DNA of 64,000 bases from Podarcis bocagei (taxonomy: Eukaryota), in NCBI GenBank assembly GCA_964188305.1, contig OZ076894.1. One strand, 5' to 3'. The notes below the pieces were generated by a model, which was not told the DNA's origin, searched no databases, and worked only from the letters and a program-made list of their open reading frames with translations. Shown here one piece after another: positions 54,547 through 64,000 of the stretch. The position numbers and the translations under genes are program-made. The number at the start of each line of letters is the position of its first letter. Position 1 is the first letter of the stretch.

Positions 54547-55650
54547 TCTAGCTAGGATATTTTGGAAAATGTATTGCTCATTAGAATTATACAGGGACTC
54601 CAGCTCGATGCCTAAAGATTCAATCTTTTTTTCGAGGTACTGATACCATCTTGATTTATAGGAGTCCTTGAGCAGATCAGCGAGCAGGCTTGATGGAGAG
54701 CAGCGAAAGTGGCAGCGTAACCAGTACTTTATTGAGGTGGACCAGGCCCAATATTCCATTGTGTGTATGCCTATTTCTGCACACATTGTCTCATATTTGA
54801 TCGCAGCTGGGAGTCCAAGAATACGTCTCAGAAAGCTGGAGTGAATCTTATTTAAATCACTGTTATATGCTTGAATCCATAGCGGGATTCCATAGAATAT
54901 CTGGGCTTGCACTTTTGTTTGAAAAATCTGATTGGCCGCAGGAATAAATTGATTACCTTTCTGATAATAAAACCGGGCAACTGCTGATGAGGTGCACTTT
55001 GCCTGTTTTATGGCATTTGTGCGATGACTTGCCCACCCTAGATTGCTCTGGAATAAGATTCCCAGATACCTATAGATTTTTACTTGTTGGATTTCTTGCC
55101 CTCTTATTTTCCATTTCTCTAGTTTCCAACCATTTGAGAAGACCAAAATTTTTGTCTTCTCGTAATTTATAGAGAGTTTATTACATTCGCAGTAAAGGGT
55201 CAGAGAAGATATAAGACGTTTCAGACCCAAGCTCGTTAATGATAGTAGGACTGCATCGTCTGCGTATAATAAGAGAGGAACTGGTTTCTGATTAAGTTTA
55301 GGGGCATGTGATTCTATTTTTTGAAGGTGATCTGGCAAGTCTGATAAGAATAAGTTAAATAGAAAGGGGGCAAGAATACATCCTTGTTTTACCCCTTTCG
55401 AGATTGGGATGTCTGATGAAAGATGACCTATGGTGTTAAGGTTGACTTGACAGACATTGGAAGAGTATAGATTTTGTATTAGAATCAATAAGCGCTGATC
55501 AATTTTTAGTTCTGTGAGTTTCCTCCACAGCTTTGGGCGGTCAATTGAGTCGAATGCACCACGAAAATCTACAAAAGCAGCATATATCTTAGATTGCCTT
55601 TGAGATCTATATTTTTCAACCAAATGCATAAGTATAAGGCAGTGGTCTAA
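54547..55650 (-). pseudogene. Reverse transcriptase domain of a LINE ORF2 (inverted segment, uninterrupted frame)
   Basis: AAFVDFRGAFDSI, GVKQGCILAPFLFNLFL, LLYADDAVLL, KTKILVF and YRYLGI RT motifs in the 364-aa ORF 54535-55629. Confidence 0.93.
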
Positions 55651-56057
55651 TTATGGCGGCTGTAAACAAAATTTGCTCCCCCATATTCTATGATTTAAAT
55701 ATCTTAGATAGCAGAGTCAATTACGTCACTAAATTAATAATCCCAGCCCAACGTAGGGCTTTTATGCTGGCCCGGTTGAATGTCTTTCCCTCAGCATTTG
55801 TCTGGGGAAGATATCAAAACATCCCTAGAAACAAGAGACTCTGCAGATGCTCTATGAATGTCCCGGACACTGTAGAGCATATTCTCTTTCATTGCCCATT
55901 GTACAGTACGCTCCGTCAACGCGTGCTGTCCCCTCTTTTGGGTGGTCTGGAACCCCAGCAAGGTAAATGTGCGGGATTCTGCCTATCCGACGTTGACCAA
56001 AGGGTTACGGCGGGGGTAGCCGAGTTTTTGGCTGCAGTCCTCCAAGGAGCAGGTTAA
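55651..56057 (+). pseudogene. C-terminal part of the same LINE ORF2 (zinc-finger-like domain)
   Basis: WGRYQNIPRNKRLCRCSMNVPDTVEHILFHCPLY Cys/His motif, typical of LINE ORF2 C-termini such as RTE-X. Confidence 0.85.
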
Positions 56058-56075
56058 CAAGGAAAACCACTGATT

Positions 56076-56082
<7 letters not shown>

Positions 56083-56128
<46 letters not shown>
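56083..56128. repeat. (TA)n microsatellite within the LINE 3' UTR
   Basis: Direct observation. Confidence 0.95.
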
Positions 56129-56132
<4 letters not shown>

Positions 56133-58752
56133 TGTAGCCAACTGCTGCCTTTTTATATATATTTCAAGGCTTTTACATGTTATTTTTCCTTCTTACGGTT
56201 TTATTTGCATAATGCCTAATAAAGGTTTGATTTCAGATTTCAGATCAGCTAAAGTGGTGCTTCAGGTTAAGAACAGTTTCAGGTTAAGAACGGACCTCCG
56301 GAATGAATTAAGTACATAACCAAAGGTACCACTGTAATGTGAATCAACATCCCAAAAGTGGCACTCTTTCTTTTCAGGGAGCTAGCGACTCCTTTATTGA
56401 AGCCAGGTTTCAAAAGTGACAGATTCCACCTCTGAAGCCTTCTGCTGCAGTCTCTGAAACTTCTTTTGTTAAAGCGCGGAAATTTAAGGTTAGGAACTCC
56501 TGGTGAATTCGTTCTTGAACAAAGGTTGATTCATGATAACCCTAAGCAGTTCCACCCAGCACTGCTTATGATACCTGCTAGTTTTATATTGATCCTGGCA
56601 TGCAAAATATTGCTGAGTGCACCTTCCAGGCTTCAGCACCATGCTGAATCCACATTATTTTGGGATTAATGTGTGATAAGGTGTTGGCGCAGATAATCCC
56701 TGCAAGAACAGGGGCTAATCAAAAAGCTGTGTCTCGTCGTGACCATGGATGTTTTTCTCTTAAGCATAAATCCCTTAATTGGTCTTTAATGCTTATTTGC
56801 ATCAGTTCCATTTTGGGTTGTCAAAATAGTGAAAGAATTTGTCTCATCAGAAATGCAGCTACTCTTCTCCTCCTCTCCATGCGGCAGCAGTGCAGAATAC
56901 ATTTCCCATTAATTTGGGGGCAAGTGGAAAATTGGTGTATAATTGCCAGAGAAAAAATAGTCGGTTACCACATAATGATTTCTCTGCACTGCTTGTTATC
57001 AGGGGCATTTGCAATGGTAAAATTAATTTTACTTACTATAGCTCTTCTTGCGGTAATAAATCAGACTCTTAAGTCACCATACACTTCTGCAAATGGTTAC
57101 AGATGAGCATCTGAAAGACACATAATTCTGGTCGTCTCCCCAGATGTTTTAGCATTGATGATCAGGTAGCACTAATTCCTTTCTGCATGCCTAATTCTCA
57201 TTTGTATGAAAATCCAGATAGAAATGAAAGTAATGTATTAGCTGTATTGGAGAAAATGTTAAGTCAATTATACTCCTGCAAGATTTATAAGAACTAAAGT
57301 GAGTATAAATTTGAATTGTCAAAGGAAATTTTACATGCATTAACCACTCAGTAAAATCCATCATATGTATTTAATTATGTACTGAGTTTTGAACTGCCAT
57401 CTCCAAGGCAGAAGAAGAAGAGTTTCCTTAAACTACTACTGTTCATAGACATTGTTTTGAATTATACATGTAAAAGATTCTGTGTTTTTCAAAAGCTGAA
57501 ACCTTTCAGAACAGCCTACAGCCTTCTCTCTTCCTCTCCCCCTCTCTCTCTCTGTGTATTCTCATATCATTTGTGAGAGGACTCTCTCATCTGTGTTTGG
57601 TGAAACAGAATATGAGTAGCAGAAATCAGTAGCACAATGGTATTGTTACCAAAAATGTAGATATGGATGAAAGAAATGCATACATTGATATAGAGAATCG
57701 GTAACAGTCATAGAGAAACCTAGAAACAACAAAGACAGCTCCGCAATACGGTCCGCAATATGTTTCTGTAATGAAAAAGTTATCCCAAGTTTTATTCAAA
57801 AGCATTAAACCATTTCCTTTGATAAAGTATTTCTCTGAAATGTGTTGGGAACTGTATCTATTGTATAACTGTTGTTGTTTTCTAAATTCACTGCGGGAAA
57901 ATACAATCTGAATACGATGTAACCTTCCCTTTGGGGCCATGCAGAGGATGTGAGTTGCAAAGTCCACATTTTTAACGCAGAAAGTCAATTCCGGGCTTGT
58001 TCAGCAAAAGGATCTTGGGACATAGGTTCATGAAATAATTCTGCCTCACTATGTAGAGCAGTGGTTCCCAAACTTTCCCCCCTCTGGGCCACACTTTCAG
58101 AATAAAAATTCGCTAGTGCCACACCAGATTCTTTATTGATAAGAAACTCATTGGAAAGCAACAAGAAACAACACCTACCCATGCTTGATTCATAACATAG
58201 AACACAGCTACTTTATAATATGATCATGGGGCTTCCAGAAAGTATATAACAATGCAGCTGCATAAGAACTTGAACTATTCCCAAAATATAATATTGATTG
58301 TCCTTGAATCTTCCAGCCACACTTGCCATCCTCTCCTGTCACACCCTTTGAGAACTCTTGATCTAGAGGCTAGTGATGAAATTCAGTATTCTACATTCAA
58401 ACTTTGTCAGGATTTCAGAATTGAAACCTGTTAGAATCTTTGACTTTTCCAAGTTTCACACCTGAAACTTGACTTCAATGCATCTTTTTTAAAAAAATAA
58501 AAATCTTCTCCCTCCCCATACAGATGATTTCTGTGCAGCTGTGGGTCTTGGATGAGGTTTTCCATCCTGGGGAAACACATAGCTTTGGTATGTGTGTGCA
58601 TTTTGTCCTCCTGATTAGAGTCAACAATGCCCAGTTACAGAGTGTTCTGACTATCTTCTTTTTCCTGTGCAGATTAAACAATAACCACAGGGAGCTGAAC
58701 ACATGGGAAATGAGCTAGCATTAAACAACTGCAGCACTCAGAACCTGTTTAC

Positions 58753-58799
<47 letters not shown>
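58753..58799. repeat. (ATT)n microsatellite
   Basis: Trinucleotide run. Confidence 0.95.
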
Positions 58800-58845
58800 G
58801 GTGGGAGTAAACAATTGCTGGATCAAAAAGAACTGGATCTAAAAT

Positions 58846-59208
58846 AAAAGAGAGACCTGGTCTGAACAAAGACATTGGATTCTTATCTCATTATACATGA
58901 CTAAGCCATTTCTCACCTTCTCACCCCTGGCCTTTTCCTGTAAGACCTATTGCAGTCGTTAAGAGTCGTCAACAGGCTCATCTCAGCTAACTGCCAATCT
59001 CCCATTCCCACCACCCTTCTGAGTAATACCCCTCCCCACCTTCTCACTATATAGAAGGGTCTGGCAACTTCTGTTTCAGTGTATCTGAAGAAGTGTGCAT
59101 GCACACGAAAGCTCATACCAAGAACTAACTTAGTTGGTCTTTAAGGTGCTACTGGAAGGATTTTTTTTTTATTTTGACTATGGCAGACCAACACGGCTAC
59201 CTATCTGT
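58846..59208 (+). mobile_element. Penelope-like element 3' end / pLTR
   Basis: Begins with the ORF end RPGLNKDIGFLSHYT* (GIY-YIG C-terminal GLN motif), followed by a hammerhead core; flanked by a 15-bp duplication aactggatctaaaat (58831-58845 and 59209-59223). Confidence 0.85.
59081..59118 (+). ncRNA. Minimal type I hammerhead ribozyme
   Basis: GTAT-CTGAAGA-A-GTGTGCATGCACAC-GAAA-GCT-C-ATAC: stem I gtat/atac, CUGANGA box, palindromic stem II, GAAA box, palindromic AGCT stem III. Confidence 0.8.
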
Positions 59209-60499
59209 AACTGGATCTAAAATGGAAGGCTTGCATGTGTATGTGAACACTTTCCTACCCCATAAAAAAGCACACCCCTTTTCTGGCATTTTATTTGGGA
59301 GGGCGTGGATGGGGTTTGTACTATGTAGACTCTGACTGGGACAGGCTTGCTTTAAACAAGGGCAAGGGTGAAATTCAGCTGGTGGTTGCAACCCCAAAGC
59401 CATATATTCACACAGATACCCAATATCTTTCAGTGTGAATATTCTCTTTCATCCACGTAAAACAGATAGTCGTGTTCTGTGATCTAATTTGCAGCATTTC
59501 TGCGCCTAATAAAATTTTTGTTCAAAATGCTGAGCTCTGAGTTTCTGAAGGGCAGCCATGGTCTACATGCAAACTCCAGGCAAACAATATCTGAATAACA
59601 GGCAGGAACACACATATTAGGAGCTTCCAGAAGTGTGTTTGTTGTGGCTGCTCTGTTTGCTGCTGCTTGAGCAGTTAAGGTGAAGCAGACTGATGGATTA
59701 GTGCCAGTTGATAGGGGAAAGGTATGCCAACATAGAGAAATACAGAAAAAAAGTTCTGTCAAAGAAAGGTGTGTTTGGAGGTTGGGAGAGGCCATTGCTG
59801 AGAGAGTGTGAAGCCTTCGAATATCCTACACTTTCTTGTAAGAAATTTAGTTCACAAATAGCAATAGCAGATTGTTAATTTGACAGGATGCTGATTGGAT
59901 GTGCATGTTCTGCTTTATATTTCCACATGACAAGCTAAGATTAAGTAGAACTGATGGTATTTTTAAAAAATGGGTTAAATGCATTCTGAATTTAGACTTG
60001 TCAACATTTCTGTATCTGGAAATATACTGAGAGGAACAATAGTAATAATTATCACCTGCGGTAGCAGTTGCTTGGTTGTCTGAATAGGGAGAGAATGAGT
60101 TTTGAGACTAGAATACAGCCTCTAGCCGCTATCATCCTTGCAAAAGATTTCAGTCTAATTAAGGGAAAAGAAATGTTTAACAGACAACTAAGGATGGAAA
60201 CATCATTTAATGGTGTGTCCCCATGCCACATTATTTCACCAGGAAATGGCATTTCTGAATGACTTTGCCTTTAAGAAGACAAAACCTTTAGCTGCCTGGA
60301 AATGATTGGAGGCCAATGGTTCAAGCACATCATATTAACTTGTGGTAAAAAGGGTGGCAGGGAGATGAAAAGGAAATAAAAGAAAATTGGGTTCAATGGT
60401 CTACACGCCTAACTGGGAGAAAGTCTTGAAAGGAGCATGCTTCCAAGTAGATGTGCACAAAATGGTCCTATTTGAAATACAAAATTCTGTTTGGTGGTG

Positions 60500-60559
60500 C
60501 CTAGTGTATTTGAATAAGGGCTAGTGTATTTGAATATAAGGGCTAGTGTATTTGAATAT
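60500..60559. repeat. Short tandem repeat, about 3 copies of a 20-22 bp unit
   Basis: ctagtgtatttgaata(ta)aggg repeated. Confidence 0.9.
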
Positions 60560-60730
60560 TGTCCAGAGAGCTTGCAATGTGAAGAACCTTAACTATTCTT
60601 CCATATAACCAGAGAACAAAACAAGAAGCTCTGCTTAGTAGAGCATTTCCTTTCCCACCTCGGTATGCCCTTGTTCACCAGGAACTTTAGTATGTATTTT
60701 GTGGTCAAAACGTTTACAATGAATTGATGC

Positions 60731-60865
60731 ATCATAGAAACATAGAGTTGGAAGGTACCACAAGGGCCATCTGCTCCAACCCCCTGCAATGTGGGAATCG
60801 TTTTGTCCAATGTAAGGCTTGAACCCACAACCAGGAGATTAAGTCTCATGCTCTACTGACTGAGC
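60731..60865 (-). mobile_element. tRNA-derived SINE with a CR1-type 3' tail (Squam2-like)
   Basis: Minus strand gctcagtcagtagagcatgagacttaatctcctggttgtgggttcaagcc (tRNA-like head) followed by ggggttgga...ccttccaactctatgtttctatgat. Confidence 0.75.
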
Positions 60866-61633
60866 ATACTGTCGGAACTGTGGGATGAAAAGCCAGCTGG
60901 CTTGGCCCCAGCCGGAGTGTCTCCCTTCTCAGCCTTGCCGCTGCGGAGATCCATCAGTCATCCTCCTCCGCCGTACGTCCGCGACTCATGCTGCTGTGCA
61001 TGCAAGAGCACACCTTACTCAGCAGAGTAAACACACAACAGATCAGGCTTGAAGCGTGGATACTATACTAAACTACGCCTTTATGATACATAAATCAGGA
61101 CAAAGAAAAACATGGCCTCTCTCCTTGTCGTTCTTCTCAGAGAGAGAGAAAACAAAAGCAATATAGAGCGGGACTCCAGCAATCTGTGCTGGAATGTAAA
61201 CGGACATGTAACAATCCCACATATCTACAGCAAGGGTGGAATGAAATTCCCAGCACATATTTGGTTACATACTTTCTGTTCTTTCTGACGTGTCCCCAGA
61301 CTGTTTGAAGATGCCATAATTGGGGTTCCCCTATTATTTTCTGTACCACCAGCTGGCAACATTTCCAGCACCCCAACCCGCATCGAGTAGCTGGACCAGA
61401 AGCAGCCTGCTAGAATGGCTCAGAATTCAGGTGTCCCTGGATCTCATCCTCTGAATCAGATATGGTCTTTGTGCAAGCTTAAAGTAGACCGCAGAAAACA
61501 CTAGGTCTTCTGTGTGCCATTCCAGAGTTTTGGATGACTGACATGCATCTATTCTGCTTTCTCCCCCAAAATGCGGAGAATAACCTATTTATCCCTTCCA
61601 TTTTTAAATCTAATATTCTTTGGCCATTTCCCA

Positions 61634-61863
61634 GAGCAGTAGCCATGTCAGTCTGTTGCATCAAGATCAGCAAAGAGTCTTGTGGTACCTTAAAACCAAC
61701 AAAATAATTTATTATGGCATATGTTTTTGTGGCCTGGGATCCATTTCATCTGATGCAAGAAATGATACAAGATAACATCTGATGAAATAGGCTCTAGGTT
61801 CTGGAAGCTGATGCCATAATAAATTTGCTTAAAGTGCCACAAGATTCTTGGTTATTCTTTGCT
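61634..61863. mobile_element. Degenerate inverted pair of Penelope pLTR ends
   Basis: tcttgtggtaccttaa...tttattatggcat...ttcatctgatg mirrored by catctgatgaa...atgccataataaa...ttaaagtgccacaaga; similar to 59085-59200. Confidence 0.65.
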
Positions 61864-62881
61864 TAGCGCATTCATGCCTTTCATGGCTAGCTGAGTAATG
61901 GGATGAATATAGAATATACTCATAGAATATATGAATATAGAAATGACATAAGACATTTTTTTGGATACATGATTGAAGCATGTCTGAATTTAATGTACCT
62001 CTGTAAATTTAAACAGACACTTAACACTTCTGTCAAAATCAATGGGACTTAAATGTGCTTATTTTTGGCAGGCTCATGCCCATATATTTTTATGATATGC
62101 TGAAATGGGCAGTTCTAGAAATCCCCAATGAAACCCCCAAATAAACTGAGATATCTCCATTATATGTTCAGAATTACTTTTGGATTTTGGATTTGTGTTT
62201 GACCAGGCATATGCAGCTGTGTAGAAGTTTCCAAAGTCTGAAACAGCACAAAGGAGACTTCTGATCTCCTAATATGGCAATGGAAAGTCTAATATTCTCT
62301 TGGAATAGAAATGATTAAATTGTTCAACTGAGGTCATAATTCCTAACTTTCTCATTTGACTTTGAAGTTAAGCAAGTGTTGGGTTACAATGGCTCTTGAA
62401 CTTTTCACTTAAAGCAGTGTGAGAAGTGCCAGTTGGCTCTGTTTAACCATGTTTATTGTGGAGATGGCTATGGCTCCAGTCCACAGGCTCATTACTTTAA
62501 AATATGATTTTACTTTAAAAAGAGAGAGAGAGTTCAGAGTTACTGGAACAGCTCTGAAGTAAGTGGGGCCAGAATACAGCCAGTGTATTCCAGGGATAAC
62601 CCAAGAATGTTGATACCTGAGCTGACATTTATCGAGTGTGCACTTTAAGTTTAAAATGTCTTAGTAACTTCTCATATAAAATAATTCTTTACAGTTTTAA
62701 TCAGAGTCTAGACAGAATTTGGAACGTGAAACAGAATGTTTCTGATTTATGGCATATATATATATATTAAATAATTATTTTTGTTTCAGCTTTCTATTGA
62801 CCTTGAAAGTCAGCCTGCATCTATGGAAAAATAACCTAGAGTTGGTAATAAGAATCATATATGACATACCTTGATATAATC

Positions 62882-62924
62882 AACTTTCAATTTTGCTAAA
62901 TATCACTTTCAATTTTGCTAAATA
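62882..62924. repeat. Tandem duplication of about 22 bp
   Basis: actttcaattttgctaaata occurs twice in tandem. Confidence 0.85.
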
Positions 62925-63288
62925 GATTATTATGCATGCATCTGAAAACTTGGGCGGGATGTTGAACATCTTGTACAATGGAAGAAGACCAGATATGTCT
63001 TAACCTGTGGTGTATGTGGTCAGTTCATGCTGGGATTTGGGGGGGGGGTATCTTTACCACAGTCATCCTTATGTTAATTCTCCTGATAGTTGTCACCTAA
63101 GACCGTTAAGGTGCATCCTAGATTAGAGAACATTTACTTAATCCTATGGAATTCAATGAGAGCAAGTGAGAACTGAGCTAAACCTCTCCATACCGCTCCC
63201 TTCTCATGCGCGTAATCTTCCCCTGGGTTGCTTTTATTGGTATAATGCTGGAATGTGATTTTATTTTAGGATTTTAAAAGCATGGCAA

Positions 63289-63360
63289 AGTGCCTGGCGT
63301 GCTCTGGTCCATGGGGTCACGAAGAGTCGGACACGACTAAACGACTAAACAACAACAAAA
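63289..63360 (+). mobile_element. Bov-B LINE extreme 3' end
   Basis: gtgcctggcgtgctctggtccatggggtcacgaagagtcggacacgactaaacgactaaacaacaacaa corresponds to the reverse complement of 12988-13050. Confidence 0.85.
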
Positions 63361-63670
63361 GGGGAAATCTATTAGGAGGAATTTTGAGACAAATGGGGAA
63401 CTACTGAATGCAACTTTTCTTTTTCTTTTTCAATTTTATTTTATTTTATTTTATTTTTATTTTTCGCCTTATCAAAAACCCTGTATAAAGCAGGAGTGAA
63501 TGTTGCAAATAACGTTAGGCACATTTGATTTTTTTACACAATAAGTTGTCTGCACATAAGATTGCACGCAGTAAGTCCCCATCACAGGGTCCTTGTATTT
63601 GGGTGGGAGAGTCAGCAGTGTCAACAGCTCTTTGGGTCCAACCTCTCATTGTCCATCTTTACCCAATATA

Positions 63671-64000
63671 AGGATGCAGGTGGCGCTGTGGTCTAAACCA
63701 CTGTGCCTCTTGGGCTTGATGATCAGAAGGTCGGTGGTTCAAATCCCTGTGATGCGGTGAGCTCTCGTTGCTCTGTCCCAGTTCCTGCCAAGCTAGTAGT
63801 GGTGAAAGCACACCAGTGCAAGTAGATAAATAGGTACCGTTGGGGCGGGAAGGTAAACAGCATTTCCATGCACTCTGGTTTCTGTCACGGTGTCCCATTG
63901 CACCAGAAGTGGTTTAGTCATGACCCAGAAAGCTGTCTGTAAACAAACGTTGACTTGCTCGGCTGCAACCCCCTAGTCGCCTTTGACTGGACTTAACCAT
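63671..64000 (+). mobile_element. Sauria SINE (older subfamily), runs off the window end
   Basis: ggtggcgctgtggtctaaacc head, ggttcaaatccc B box; homologous to 34959-35329. Confidence 0.88.

Larger units (their letters stand above)
54547..56246 (+). mobile_element. RTE-X-like non-LTR retrotransposon, 5'-truncated with a 5' inversion
   Basis: 10-bp TSD agctaaagtg (54537-54546 and 56247-56256); RT on the minus strand; C-terminal Cys/His zinc-finger domain, 3' UTR, AATAAA (56218) and (ATTTCAG)-type tail on the plus strand. Confidence 0.88.
54377..56334. mobile_element. pogo/Tigger-type MITE (family A) split by a LINE insertion
   Basis: TA|CAGTGGTACCTC at 54377 and GGTACCACTG|TA at 56334; halves 54377-54546 and 56247-56334 rejoin into a family A copy. 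Confidence 0.9.

Noticed and set aside
55653-56057. Independent host zinc-finger gene divergently transcribed from an RT gene
   Set aside because: It lies inside the same TSD pair as the RT and is better explained as the downstream part of the same LINE ORF2 after a 5' inversion
56660-57106. 148-aa ORF; similarly 44094-44546 and 38986-39408
   Set aside because: No recognisable homology or convincing splice context; composition is typical of non-coding DNA
1-64000. Prokaryotic systems (operons, CRISPR arrays, defence islands)
   Set aside because: The sequence is vertebrate non-coding DNA: no gene-dense ORFs and no regularly spaced repeat-spacer arrays

Overview
This is not prokaryotic DNA. 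It is 64 kb of AT-rich, CpG-depleted vertebrate non-coding sequence from a squamate reptile. The repeat complement (Sauria SINE, Squam-type SINEs, Bov-B, CR1, L2, Penelope, pogo/Tigger-type and hAT MITEs) suggests a lacertid-type lizard; that taxonomic call is inference. No host protein-coding gene could be recognised, so the window looks like a large intron or gene desert, and nearly all listed ORFs are chance ORFs, microsatellite read-throughs or transposon remnants. The most notable structure is a young RTE-X-like non-LTR retrotransposon (54547-56246). It has a twin-priming-type 5' inversion, both coding segments are still stop-free, it carries a 10-bp TSD and a non-polyA tail, and it sits inside a pogo-type MITE. 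Also notable is a Penelope pLTR with an intact minimal hammerhead ribozyme and a 15-bp flanking duplication (58846-59208). Family names come from recalled motifs, not from database searches.
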